Shown: positions 25,930 through 40,046 of the stretch, piece by piece
Layout of the letters: each line of letters begins with the position of its first letter
Position numbering within the stretch: position 1 is the first letter of the stretch
NCBI GenBank assembly: GCA_951406725.2
Contig: OX597815.1
Span: forward strand, 71,486,001-71,550,000
Source of the DNA: Octopus vulgaris
Taxonomy: Eukaryota
Direction of reading: 5' to 3'
Length of the DNA: 64,000 nt
Made by a program: the position numbers and the translations under genes
The notes under the pieces: model-generated
Database searches by the model: none
The model's input: the letters and a program-made list of their open reading frames with translations, nothing else
What the model was told of the DNA's origin: nothing

Positions 25930-27519
25930 GTAAGACATAAAATTGTGGTTGATGCTCTGATTGATAATTGATGAGGATTTAGTGACTTTCTGTGTCTGTT
26001 TTCCATTTGTTTGTACATTTATATGTTTTTTAACTTATATATATATATATTTAGGCTTAGCAGCCCTTCCTGTTTGTGTTACGAATTTTGACCCTCTGCA
26101 AAATCCCGAATTTTATTTAATTTGCTTTACGGGAGCAACTGTTTTATCAAAAGCACATATTGTTGTTAAATGCTCGAAATATGAGAGTAGAAAAACAGCC
26201 AACAACTGATAAAGGGTCGTTCTTTATGTTGTTTGTCTTGTTTTCCATTTGTGTCTTTCATTGTTCGAAATAATAGTTCATATTCCATGTACTCGTACTT
26301 TGTATTTTTTGTTGTATACAATTTGTGACATCCTGTGCCCACATATGTATATATATATATATATATATATACATATGTGTGTGTGTGTGCTTTAAGATAC
26401 AAAAAACAAAAGCCAGAGATAGGTGAGGGAACAACAAACAGGCACCTTGGGCAAGTGTCTCCTATTAGAGCCATGGGCTGATCAAAACTTTGTGAGTAGA
26501 GTTGCTAGACAGGACCTGAAAGATGCCTGTCGTGTGTGTGTGTGTGTGTGTATGCCCTTGTCTTGACACCATGTGATGATTGTAAACAAGCGTCACTGTT
26601 ATACAAGTGATGTTGTTCATTTCTATTTCTGGTCATTGGGAATGAACTTGCTTGAAAATAGATGAGTTTGATGCTCTGAAAAGATGGAAAAGTCTTTGAC
26701 ATTTCAAGCCCACGCTCTTCAACAGAAAAGAATAAGGAAAGAAAATGAAAATAGAAAAACAAAACGTATCTGTATTAATGGTTTCACTATATATGCTATA
26801 TATGCTAGAGTGTTACCTTTCATATCATAGGTAACTCTGGAAGTATATTTTTGCCACCATGGGTAATATCAGGAAATATGTCATACATACAATAATTATA
26901 TTTTAACTTTTATCAAATTCCAAAGTGCGTATAGAAAATGAAGAAATGAAAACTAATTTTCAAAAGAAAATATTTTATTACCTAAGAATAAAATTAAATA
27001 AAACAACTTTCTCATTTGTATATTTGCAATCAATATGTGTTATTAATTTTTCTAAATTTTATCTACGTAATTGCAATCTGCTCCATCAAATAGCTATCTC
27101 TACAAAATTTTTATTCCTCCATTATCTACTCTTCTTCCTCCTCCATCTCTACAGTTCTTCTTTTCTCACTGTGTTTTTAGTATTTCTTTATTTATTGCTT
27201 ACCATCAAACCTAGCATGTACTCTCACTCTGCACCTCTTGTGTTAACTCTTTCTCTCTCTCTTTTACTCTCTCTCTCTCTCTCGTTCCTTCTTTCTTTAT
27301 ATAAAGAGGGACTAGAGAAACATATCAAGCATTAGATAGATAGATAGATAAAGAAGTGTACTGTGAAATTGCCATGGTGAGTCAAAAATTCAATGTTTCA
27401 AACACGTAAAACTCTGCTGTCTCTCTTTATGTTTCACTTGTGTCAACTTATCTCTAAGAAAGGACTTCCCCACTCTTCACATCAGGCACACTGTACTTTT
27501 TCTTCTGTCAATTTTCCCT

Positions 27520-28200
27520 AAATCCTTTTGGGGGTCGATAAATTAAATACCAGCTGAGTACTGGGGTCAATAAATTAAGTACCAGCTGAGTACTGGGTCA
27601 ATGTAATCAACTAGCCCTCTCCCCCACAATTTCAGGCCTTGTGCCTATAGTAGAAAGGACTATTATTATCATCATCATCATCATCATTATGCAGGCAGGG
27701 AGCTGGTAGAAGCATTAGCATGCCAGGCGAAATGCTTAGCAGTATTTCGTCTTTCTTTGTTCTGAGTTCAAATTCTGATGAGGTCGATTTTGCCTTTCAT
27801 CTTTTCGGGGTGATAAATTACATGCCAGTTGTGTACTGGGGTTAATCTAATCGACTGGCCCCCTCCCCAAAAATTTCAGGCCTTGTGCCTAGAGTAGAAA
27901 AGATTATCATTATTATTAAAGGCAGTAAGCTGCCAGAATGGTTTGTATGCTTGGCAAAATGCTTAGCAGCAAAGGCAGGCTAGCAGAATTGTTAGCATGT
28001 TGGACAAAATGTTTGGTGTCATTTCGTCTGTCTTTGCATTCTGAGTTCAAATTTCACTGAGGTCACCTTTGCCTTTCATCCTTTCAGGGTCAATGAAATA
28101 AATACCACTTTCACTCTGGGAATCAATGTTATTGACTAACCTCTTCCCCCATCAAAAAATTTCATATCTTGTGTCTCTTGTAGAAAAGATTATTATTATT
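27520..28200 (+). mobile_element. Head-to-tail array of family A SINEs separated by ATT/ATC repeats
   Basis: Partial copy, full copy (27694-27903), head fragment, full copy; complete copies end in agaaa(a)gat/ctattatt. Confidence 0.85.
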
Positions 28201-28826
28201 GTGTGATTTAATCTATTCCATGTGACTGCCAGTTTCTTTCCATTCACATGCCCCCCCACCACCACACACACATACCTCTCCTGACTATATTAACCTGATG
28301 TAATGTCAGTCACATCTTGTTTGTGATATTCGTTATCTTCTGTTTCTAATTGGAATATTTGTTTTATCTGAAATTTGTTTTATTCCTTCAACCAACCACC
28401 TTCACCCCAGGGTATTTTCTGTAAAAAATTCTAATATTCTTTTGTGAAAATTAATTTTGCTAATTGTCATTTCTTTGACTACACTGTCTTTTCAAAATCT
28501 TCCCAAATTTTTCTGTTCTATCTTTTTTTAATTTTATTCTTGGGCCACTGTATTCATTAGTTTTGTCTTTACCTACCAAATAAAATTTTCTTTCTAAGTT
28601 TGCATTCATCCAAAATTGTATATTTGTGTATAAATGATATTTTTTTTCTTTTTGTTACAGTTAGTTTTTGATGAATATATTATATATAAACACTTATACA
28701 TTTTGGGTTTCCTGTGTAATAATTAAAGCTTATTCTTGTTTTTGGTTGATTTTAAAAAATGTTGTATTTTCTTCATTGAGAAACTCTTTATTTTCTTTTT
28801 CACTTTGCTGCTTATTGGTGATTCAA

Positions 28827-28864
<38 letters not shown>

Positions 28865-29123
28865 GGCCTGCTCACTTAGCCAGCGGGGTGGTGTCATTCG
28901 AAGGCTAAAACAATGCGAATGCATTGTGACCAGCGATGTGTAACAACATCTGATGGTCTGGTCAGTCACGTGATCATGTGATATATATATATAGTTATGG
29001 TGTATTGTGGTAAGAACATAGTAGAGTACACTATAAAGCTTGTCCACATTAAGATTTACCCTGTGTTATCCAATAGTGGTATCATACATACTTCCAGGTT
29101 TGCATTTGAGCAAGTGTGAATAG

Positions 29124-30233
29124 ATAATTGAAAAATTGGCGTCAACAAGAAGGGGTACAGTTGGACATTTATTTTTTAATCACTACGCTTGTTTCCATAC
29201 TACATAGTTTTCCAGTTGTGTAGGTACTTGAGTATGCAACTGTTTCCCTACATTATGAGATCTATATATAGATGACCTCCTAATATACCACAAAACACAT
29301 TTTTTTGTTTGGAAAACAGGGGATGGGGTGGGGATGGAATCCTTGGAAATTTCACCCCTCCACCCCAGTTTCACAGGGGAAATTTTTTTGTTTCTTTCTT
29401 AAAAATTTCAGTAAATTTTTACAAGTGCACCTTTGCCATAACTAGGAATCCAAAGAAACTTTTTTTTTCTAAAAGTGCAAAAAATATTTTAATTGAGTTA
29501 TTTTATAAGTAATAACAAATAGAAGTAATAAATTATAATAAAATTTTTAGTTTTAATAAAAGCTAATATTATCTAAATCTGAATATTTTATCAATTTTAT
29601 CCTTAGCTACAATATTTTAAGTAAATATTTTCTTGTTCTGTATTTACCAGATGTAATCAGTTGTTCTGAATTTTTCCAAGTGTAATAACTTGACCTGTGA
29701 TTTTCCAGGTTTATAATCTTAATATTATTTCTCTTGCTCACATTTTCCCATGTATATATGTATGTGAATGTGTGTGTGTGTCTGAGCACTGAATCTTAAA
29801 GGCCAACTAAGGACAATCACATGTGTAACCAACCATGAAGAACTAATCAGCAGTTCAAAGAAATAAAATACCAATTCCTTTAAAATGGCAACCACTTTAA
29901 CAGTATCAGAATCACCATCTCACTACATCTATATGTTGAAATTAGTTTGCCAATGGCCCTTCAGCAACAACACATCCTGATAAGTTCAGAGACTACTACT
30001 AAATTCAGGCCATGACAGACAGATAGGATGTTCTTGAAGTTGAGGATTTTAAATTTATGGGGACAATATTTATCACCTGAGTAAAGACAACTAGATCTCA
30101 TAATGCAGGGAAACAGTTGCATAATCAAGTACCTGCACACCTGGAGAACTACGTTGCATGGAAACAATTGTAGTGATTAAAAAATAAATGTCCAACCATA
30201 CCCCTTCTTGTTGATTCCAATTTTTTCAATTAT
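29124..30233. repeat. ~140-bp inverted repeat pair (29124-29264 and 30092-30233), probably two LINE 3'-end fragments
   Basis: Arms align by eye with scattered mismatches; both encode RSHNxGKQLHxQVPxxLENYVxWKQ. Confidence 0.85.
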
Positions 30234-31915
30234 ATATATATATAATAAGCACAGGCATAGCTTGCTCCTCAACCACATGTTTCAGGATTCACTCCCACTG
30301 TATAGCACCTTGGGCAGATGGCTTTTATTATAGCCTGGGGCCAGCCAAGTCCTTGTTAGTGAATTTGGTGGATGGAAACTGAAAGAAGCCTGTTGTGTGT
30401 GTGTGTGTGTGCATGTCTTTGTTTTTGTGTCTGTGTGTGTGTCATTGTGTTTATGTCTGTGTCCCCACACTTGACAACTGGTGCTGATGTGTTAGAATAA
30501 GTACCAGGCTTTAAAAAAATAAATACTGGAGTTGATACATTTGACTAAGAATTCTTCAAGGCATTGCCCAAGCATGGCCACAGTCTAATGATTGAAACAA
30601 GTAAAAAGTAAAAGATATATATATATATCTCATTGTTTTAATGTGCAATTTTCCATGGTTGCATTGACTAGATGGTGTTTATTGAGGCAGATTTTCTACA
30701 GCCAAATTCACTTCCTCTCACCAATCCTTACCTGTTTCTATTCAAGATTATATTTTACCATGACTGGACAGGATTTTGTAGAATATTGGCAATAAATGAC
30801 ACTGCTTGTGAGACAGTGACATGTATTTACAACTATCATACAACATCCAGACAAGGAGACACACACACACACATACAATGAGCTTCTTTCAGTTTCTACA
30901 AAATCCATACACCAGACTTTGGTGAACCCAGGACTATTGTAGAAGACACTTGCCCAAGGTTCCACAGAGTGTGTCTGAACCTGAAACTTTCTGGTTGAGA
31001 AGCAAGCTTCATACCCACACAGCCATGCCTGCACTTACAAGTTGGTAACACTGATTATGAATATCTACAAATGATCGGGAGAAGGTTCTTCTTTCTATTT
31101 AGTCTATGTAAAACATTCCAAATTTCTAAATCATTTATAAGGAAAGAAAACAATATTTGATTATCTGGGTTTCAGTTTAATCATATCTCCCATAACTTGG
31201 GATTTAATAATCTAAAAGATTAAACTCATAGAATTTTCTCTTTGTCAGTTTCTCAGTATTAATATCTACTACCAAAGACCATGATGTAATTTATTGCAGA
31301 TGGCAATTTATTCATTTTTGAATAAACATTTCTCTCTTCTTCAAACACACCTTATTTTATAATATTCTTTAAAGATCATTGGTTTTAGGAGATCTTTTTG
31401 CTTTGTTATTAAGATTTTGCTTTTCAGAATTGTGGTTGAGGTTTATCTTGTCATGTTGTCACTCATTTAAAAGCAAGTTCTAACTCTTACTCCTTCACTC
31501 ATAGTTTTACATTTTATGGTCCAATCTTTTGTAATTTAATTATCTTGCCTTACGTTTTTGTTTTTATTATTTGCACTGTGGTTCCCAGGCTCTCTTTAGG
31601 CCTCTCACTCCTAGGAAATATTTGATTAGTTCTCACACTAAAACTAAAATAATATTACATATAACAATATAAAAAGTTTAATATTTTTCAGTTGAACCGA
31701 ATAAAATACTGTGGATGAATGAATTAATTGTATTAAAAAAATAAGATTTGGAGTAGGTGCAAATACTACCGGGGTCCATTTCGCCTTTCCTTCTTTTGAG
31801 CATCGATAGAATAAAGTACCAGTCAATGGTACTGTACGCAATGGAATCAACTTGCCCCTCCCCTCAAAATTGTTGGCCTCATGCTAAAATTTGAAACCAA
31901 TATTATTATTATTAG

Positions 31916-32126
31916 GGTGGTAAGCTGGCGGAATCGTTAGCATGCTGGGCAAAATTCTTAGCAGCATTTCGTCTATCTTTACATTCTGAGTTCAAATTCC
32001 ACCAAGGTTCACTTTGCCTTTCATCCTTTTGGGGTTGATAAAATAAGTACCAGTTGAGTACTGGGGTCGATGTAATCAATTTATCCTCTCCCCCAAATTT
32101 CAGGCCGTGTGCCTATAGTAGAAAAG

Positions 32127-32161
<35 letters not shown>

Positions 32162-32180
32162 CATTATTATTATTATTATT
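31916..32180 (+). mobile_element. SINE family A with long (ATT)n tail, preceded by a degenerate copy
   Basis: ggtggtaagctggcggaatcgttagc..gagttcaaattcc..gtgcctatagtagaaaagattattatt. Confidence 0.88.
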
Positions 32181-33279
32181 ATTTATATTGCTCATTTAAT
32201 AGAAATAATTTTCATGAAAATATATTTCAATATATTCTGGAAACTATTTAATATTTAAATTGATTTTTGGAAGGATGCAGAGCTTCTTCAATAGAATTTA
32301 AAGAATAAGACATGCTGTCGTCAAATTTATTAGTTGCTATATGAAAGTGCACATGCTGACTCATACATGCATATGCAAATTGGCTTAACCTGCTGATCAC
32401 CATACATACATCCATACATATTAGATGCCTGTGTATGCAGTGGGGAAGGAATGGTGAGGTTGTCTTAGTAGCATGGAGATGTTGCCATTTTGTACAGAAA
32501 CATCTTGTGACATACATTTTGTTATCTCATCTGACATATGTATAAAACATACACACCAAAACATATATACCTCCATCTATCCACACATACACATATATAC
32601 AGAAGTGTGTTAGAAAAACCTCCCACTCTTGTTTCAATGCATAATCGCTAGTAGAGTTAGGCAGGTGGTAATAGTGTCTTCATGCATGTAGTTAATGTTT
32701 TACCAGTTTTTTTTTTGTTTCTTTTTTCAGTTACCATCATGGTTTGGACTGGTGCACATTGTGCATTTAGTGTTGACACATTTGTCAGCCTGTAAAATAT
32801 AGGAGTGGGTTCAGTCTCACTGCACTGCACTTGTGCAAGTGGCTTCTGCTACAGCCCCCAGGCCACCCAATGCTTTGTGAATGAATTTGGTAGATGGAGA
32901 CTGTGTGGAAGCCTGTTTTATTTATATATATACACATATGTGTGTATCTTTGTGTTTGCCCCTTTCCCCACTGCTTGATGGCCAGTGTTGGTTTGTTTAC
33001 TTCCCTATAACTTAGTTGTTCAGCAGAAGGGACCAACAGAATAAGTACCAGGCTTAGAAATAAGAACTAGGGTTGATTTGCTCAATTAAACCCTTTCATG
33101 GTTGCCGTCCAATAACTGAAATAAGTAAAGCAGAGAAGATATATATATATGGGGTTAGGAAGTTCATTTTCAGAACCACGGTGCTTCAGATTTGTTATAA
33201 ATTCTTTGTGAGTGACTTGATGGGTGGAAGCTGTAAAACCCTATCACATATGAGTGTGTGTTCCTGCTTTCTGTCTTAA

Positions 33280-33488
33280 TCCATTAGCACCCATGGTGCT
33301 TTTTTTTAAGACCAGAAGGATAATCCATCATATTTCTGCAACACCTGTAAGTTTCTGAGATATCTTTAGTTAGTCATCAAGTTGGAAGTATCTTTCAAAT
33401 ATTGTAATAAAAATGTTTTTATATAAAGTTGTATAAAAAAAAAGATTTTTGGTAATAAATCAAAGAAAAAAATTTGGGCACTAATGAG
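33280..33488. mobile_element. TTAA-flanked MITE
   Basis: ttaa|tccattagcaccca...tgggcactaatgag|ttaa; degenerate 14-bp TIR. Confidence 0.6.
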
Positions 33489-36104
33489 TTAATGTTTGCA
33501 TGCTGACTATGTCACCATTCATACAAAAACTGTGCTTTGTTTACAATCTTTTGTGACATCTAGCTGTTGAGCTGTTTGTTATTTGACAGACTAGGAAGAA
33601 TATTACCTTGTTTGGAATATCACCTTGCTGGTGAGGGTTGATGACAGGAAGGACATCCAACTGCTAAAAATCTGCCTCAGCAAATTTCTTCTGATTCATT
33701 CAAGTATAGAAAAGTAGATGTTAAGTGATGATGCATAATATATAGTTTGACCAGTGCTAATGTTCTGCTTAAATTGTGAAAGATCAACACATGCAAGAAA
33801 CATGGATAGGGAAGAAACTGCAGAGCACCTTTTTTTTCTTTTTGTGGGGTATGTTTAGTGAGGGGCTGAGAGTTGGATGCAACAGAAGTGATGAAAAGTG
33901 TTTCAAGGCTGCCTAAATGGAGGAGATAAGAGACAAGTCAGCAGCTTCGAGAACAGAAGCTATCATTGTAGTGGTAAAAAAATAGAGATGAAACATCATG
34001 CCTAAGAATCAAATGTCAGAGCATGTCTGTTAATAATTGAATGCCAATCAATCAAATGGCTCTTCTCAGGGTGTAACTCAGAATGTCTGTGAAAACAGTA
34101 ATACTTTCCTAGATGTGTGAGGAGTACTGTATTGTGAGCCTCACTCAAGCTTTGTAGAATGTCTACAACTGTTAGGGGCTGAAAATTACCTGGTCCTGAA
34201 GAGAAGGATCAGTCTTTGGGATGTGGTTCTAACTATGTTTAGGATGTACTTTCACCAGGATAGATAATAAGGAGGAAAATATTAATATGCAGACTGTGTG
34301 GTTAAGAGGCTTGCTTTGCAACCATGTAGTTTCATATTCAGTCCCACTGTGTGGAATCTTGGGCAAGTGTCTCCTACTATAGACTCAGGCTAACCATACA
34401 TTGTGAGTAAATTTGCTATAGCACTCCTGCTGGTGCCACATGATAAGCACTGGTATTGGTGCCATATTAAAAGCATCCAGTACACTTTGTGGAGTGGTTG
34501 GCATTTGGAAAGGCATCCACCCTTAGAAACCATGCCTTATCAGCTTCAGTCAAACTGTCCAACCTATGCCAGCATGGAAGGTAGATGTTAAATGATGATA
34601 GTGATGATAAACTGGGTGGAATCCCATCATGTATGTGTATGTGTGTATTTGTGTTTGTTGCACCACTACTTTACAACTAATGTTAGTTTGTTTACATCTC
34701 TATAACTTAGCAGTTCAGCAAAAGAGACCAATAAAGAGACCAGGCTTTAAAAAATAGTACTAGCATTGATTTGTTTGACTAAACTCTTCAAAATGGTGCT
34801 CCAGCATGGCTGCAGTCCAATGTCTGAAATAAATAGGAAGAAAATAAAAATAAAAGATTTTGCTAGATGCTTCTTCTTGCATTCGAGATAAAGCAACCTT
34901 TCACTCTCCTCCCTCCCCACCACACCCCTGAAAACACCCAATGTGTTCAATAGGGCAAGTTAATTTGCATATGCCCATGCAGGAAAATTCATTGAACTTC
35001 AATTTACTGACCAACAATTGAACACTAATTAACAAATTGACCTCCAAGCAATTGGTTGATTAACATATTCACTAATGGCAAATTATATAATTAGTTAATT
35101 ATCATAATTATAATATCATCATCATCATCATTTAACATTATTTCTATGTCTGCATGGATCAGATGGTATTTTTCAAGGCAGATTTTCTACAGCCAGATGC
35201 CCTCTCTTGTTTCCAGTCAAGGTAATATTTCCCTATGGTTAGACACATTTTTCATGGAAGTCTGGAAACTAATATCCTTGTATGATGATGATGATACCTA
35301 TTTACAATTATTATGTGATGTCTACACACATAAACACACACATGCACACACACAACAGGCTTTAGTTTCCTTCTACCAAATCCTCTCACAAGTGCTCTAG
35401 TAGCAGAAACACACCCAAAGTGCCATACTATGGGATTGAACCCAATACCACTTGGTTGGGAAGCAAGCTTCTTAATCATGCAATCACACCTGTGCCTAGT
35501 AATAAAAGGTTAAAAAATATATACCAGCATGGAATATAGATATTAAATGATGATAATAATATATGATATATAGAGACTGATCAATACTGGAAAGAGTTAA
35601 TAACATGACTAGTAACAACCAGTATTTTCATTATAATTCTTTTTCATAGTTTCAACCTTAATAAAACTGTAAAAAGAAATTAAATCTAATATAAACTCTA
35701 AGGCCACACACAGTTTGATTTAAAGATAGGATTTTTTTGGATTTTTTAAACTTTTTTTTTGATGATGAAGGCATTAGCATTCAAATATCATGCATTTGAC
35801 CTTTATTTAAGAGCTTCGTCTTCATAATTCTTCAAAGCACTTTTCGCTTTTTCTCAGGCAAAGAACCTAGTTATACTTAAGTTTAAATTACCTTGAGAGC
35901 TGATCTTATTTTTCTTTTACCTCTGCTATTTCAACGTTGCAAGTCATGAGTTTTGCTTCTGTGTTATTTGTAACACTGGGATTAAATATGCATTTTTCTA
36001 ATTCTAGAAGTGCAGTTGCTAAGCTTAGGATAGAGTTACTGTAACTAGTAAAATCACAACTGTAACATATTGAATGATATGCAAAAAAGAGAGAAATCAT
36101 ATTA

Positions 36105-36345
36105 AAGATCACCATCATCATTGCTATTTTTTTCATCATCATCACTATCTTCACCATCATATCCATCATTATCACCACCACTGTCATCATCACCATCATC
36201 ATAATCGCTATTATCACCATTGTCATCATTACTACCTTCATCATCATCCCATCACTATCGACATTATCACTATCGCCATTATTGTCACCATCATCACTAT
36301 CTTCATCATCACCGTCATCGCTATCTTCATCATCATCATCATCAT
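36105..36345. repeat. Degenerate (CAT/CAC)n trinucleotide tract
   Basis: Source of the His-rich and Met-rich spurious ORFs. Confidence 0.9.
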
Positions 36346-36754
36346 TTTACATCTGCTTTTCATGTTTCCATAGATTGGCCAAGTGGTCATTTTTGAGTCA
36401 GTCCTTGTTTAGCATTACCCTGCTCCTAGATAAGTCAAAGGACTGCATCTTGTATGTTTTCTTATTGATTTTGTTCTTTACAGCTGGATGTCCTTCCTAT
36501 TATCAACCACCACTTTACAGAGTCTATTAATTCCCCTTTTAACTCAACTACTGTCTCTGGAAGTTATTAATTCAACATCTGTAATTTGTATTCTACATTA
36601 TATTTCAGCTTTATCCTTTGTTGTTTCAGTCATCAGAGTGTTGCAATGCTTAGTCACTGCCTCAAAAGGTTTTAGCCAAACAAATTGATCCCAGTACTTA
36701 CGGTGGTTTTTTTTTTTTTTGTTCCTTTTGAATTTGGTACTTATTCTAGTGTAA

Positions 36755-37015
36755 ATGTGGTGTAGCCTAGTGGTTGGGCTGTTGCACTCACAATCGCTAG
36801 ATCATGGGTTTTATTCCCTGATTGGGTGGTGCATTGTGTTCTTGAGCAAAACACTTCATTTCACGTTGCTCCAGTCCTCCCTTTCAATCAGTGGGGCATG
36901 TTAGCCTGCTCGTCTAGCCAGCAGGGTGGGATCAATTGAGGGCCAAAACAATGCAAATGCACATTGTGACCAGTGATGTGTAACAACTGACACCCTGGTT
37001 GGTCATGTGATCACT
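36755..37015 (+). mobile_element. SINE family C
   Basis: gtagcctagtggttgggctgttgcactcac..gtgttcttgagcaaaacacttcatttcacgttgctccag; 3' part shared with ~28865-28975. Confidence 0.75.
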
Positions 37016-38949
37016 TACCCTAGCAGTCTGTAAATAAATCAACACCAGTTGTCAAGTGATGGAAGGGTGGCAAATGCATACAGAAAGACACACACACATA
37101 TATGGCAGGATTTCACACAGTTTCTGTTTACCAAATTCATTCACAAGGCATTGGTTGACCTAGGGTTATAGTAGAAGGCCCAAGATGCTGCACAGTGGAA
37201 CTGATCTCAAAACCTCATGGTTGCAAAGTGAGCTTCTTAACCACATATGCCTGCACCTGTAGTATAGGAAAAGAGAACAAGTATCACTCAGTTTTCAATG
37301 TTTGACTGAGTATCAACATGTAAAAGCAGTCATATTAGCAATTCCTGCTAATATAATAAATAATAATAATAATAATAGTAATAATTTCTCACTTTGGCAC
37401 AAAGTCACTAATCTTTGGCTCAAAGCCATGAAATTTAAATTGATTGGATTGGTTTCTGTACACAAGGCTGGCACTTTGGCATGATTTGATCTCAGAACAA
37501 TGAAACATTGAGCTAGTTATAATAAAATCATTTAGAGGCTGTCTCTTCAATAATGTCTGTATTTTCAATACATTTTTGTTTGTTTGCTCATGTGTTTCGA
37601 AAAGCTGCTGCTGCCATAAATTCTGTCAATAATTTCTTATATTTGTTAGGATGGTGACAATAACAGTCTTATCAGTATTTATGAAGGTATTGTGGCCTGG
37701 TGGTTTGGGTATTGCATTCATGATTGCAAGAATGCGGTTCTGGTTCCTAGACCATGTGGTGCACTTCATTTCACGTTGCTCTAGTCGCCTCAGCTCTAAA
37801 TAAGTAATCCGACAATGGTCTGGTATTCCATTCAGGAAAAATGTGATCTCACTTACTTAACATTCCATGGAAACTGGGTTACCAATCCTGTGCATCCTAG
37901 GAATCAAGTCTGTGATGCCCAATAGTGTTATATGATTTATATTACAAAGAGAAGAGTTGAGTCTGTGTTACATTTATGCCTTCCTCTAAGGTATTGGTAA
38001 AATACATGAAATAGTATATTGGCTTCAAGCAGAATTTGTAACCAGATAGCCAATTTGTATTACCTCTTGCACTACAATACTTGCCACATGTTTGCAATTA
38101 ATATTAGAAACTTAGGTGGCAATAAATAGCATAGTGCTAGAATTAATTTTGCCTTGAGCCAAGATTTTAATGTTTGGATTTCCTGTTTATAATATGCTAA
38201 AAGAAGTAGGAACACTGCAACTAAACCTTTCTCACTAATCCTAACACATGTTTAGCGTTGTTAACACTTTAATTACTTTTGTTTCTCCAGATCATTTTTG
38301 GATGATTTTTCCAGCTCTTTTTATGTAATTTCCATTTCTGTGGCCAAAGACAAGCCAGTAGTTTGTATAGAAACTTAGAGTGATCCATTCTAGTCACTTG
38401 ATTATACTAACATGTGAGAAAAAAGCTTTTCACAATTCCATGTCCCACTTAAGGAAAAAAAAAAGAAATTTTGGATCCAATGTCCCACAGGAATCACTGG
38501 TCTAAACAATCATTGTGAGCAATAAAGTTTCTCGTATATTCCATTTTCTGTCTATCATACACTGTTATACACTCAACAAACACTAAGGAATTCCTGAGGT
38601 AGATCCAACAACAATTGTGTAAATTCCATGGATGACATCAGATAGCCATAGGCAATGAATGTGCTTCATCAACTAACTACTAGGAGCATACCAAATACTT
38701 AAATAATTACTTACATATACATACATATGTATAATGGGTTTCCGCACAGTTTTTGTCTACCAAATCTACTCCTCACAAAGCCCTTAGTTGACCAGGAGCT
38801 ATAGCAGAAGGCACTTGCCGAAGGTGACATGCAGCAGGACTGAACCCAAGACCATGTGATTGCAAAGTGAGCTTCTTAAGCACACAGGTATTACTGTAGA
38901 TATAAAGAGTAAATGAAAGATCAGTTAGATACTCACATTTTCTTTATTA

Positions 38950-39011
<62 letters not shown>

Positions 39012-39641
39012 TTGTAGCATTTTATTTGTTTCAGTTATTGGACTCTGGCCTTACTGGGGCACTAATTTGAAAGGTTTAGTCAAACAAGTCATCCTCAGTG
39101 CTTATTTCCTAAGTTTGATACTTATTCTATCAATTTCTTTCATGAAACTGCTAAGTCACATAGACATAAACAGTGTGGAGGAAACAAAAACACACACATT
39201 AGCACATACACACACAACAGGTTTCCTCAGTCACTCACAAGGCATTGGTCAGCCTAAGGCTACGGTAGGAGACACTAGGCCAAGTTGCTGCACAATGGGA
39301 CTGAACCCAAAACCATGTGGTTACAAAGTAAGCTACTAAATCACACAGCTACTTCTCACTTATCTATATATTTCTCTATCTGTACTAATGCATTCTTTAA
39401 ATGCACATTTGCCATTCAATTCTCGTTTAATCCTCAATAAATATAATTTGATTTTAATAGTTCATAGTTTTATTTTTACTACATTTATTGCATATAGATT
39501 CTGTATCTATGCCTCAATCTAAGCTTCTTTTGCTGGGAATCAATTTAGTTTTAGTGCTTATTGATTTGTATTTCATTTACTCCTGCAGGAGAAATTAAAA
39601 TTCAGCATTTGCAGAATTTTATCACAGAAGCCTAATACATA

Positions 39642-40046
39642 GGCACAGGCATGGCTGTATGGTAAGAAGTTTGCTTCCCAACCACATGGTTCTGGGTTCA
39701 ACCCCAATGCATGGCACCTTGGGCAAGTATCTTCTGCTATATCCCCAGGTTGATCAAAGCTTTGTGAGCTGATTTGGTAGTTGGAAACTGGGAGAAATCC
39801 ACTGCATGTGTGTGTGTCCTTGTCTTGACGTTGCATGACAGTTGTAAATGAGTGTCACTGTCATACAAGCAGTGTCATTCATTTCCAGTATTCTGTGGAA
39901 ACATGTCTGAGCATTGGGGAAATTATTACCTTACTTGGCTGCAGGTGAAGGTTTACAAAAGGAATGGCATCAAGTCATATTGCAATAATTCCATCTGACC
40001 CATGCATGCATGGAAATGTGGATGTTAAAACATGATGATGATGATG
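39642..40046 (+). mobile_element. SINE family B, full copy with RTE-like (GAT)n tail
   Basis: tggctgtatggtaag (A box); gggttcaacccc (B box); ggcaccttgggcaagtatctt (CORE-like); catggaaatgtggatgttaaaacatgatgatg tail. Confidence 0.88.

Noticed and set aside
27520-28200. CRISPR-like repeat array
   Set aside because: Units are ~200-bp SINEs in eukaryotic DNA; no repeat-spacer structure or cas genes
35906-36373. His-rich and Met-rich ORFs
   Set aside because: Degenerate (CAT)n microsatellite; the same applies to 41994-42469
38594-38612. tgaggtag let-7-like seed
   Set aside because: Remainder does not match let-7 and no precursor hairpin is evident
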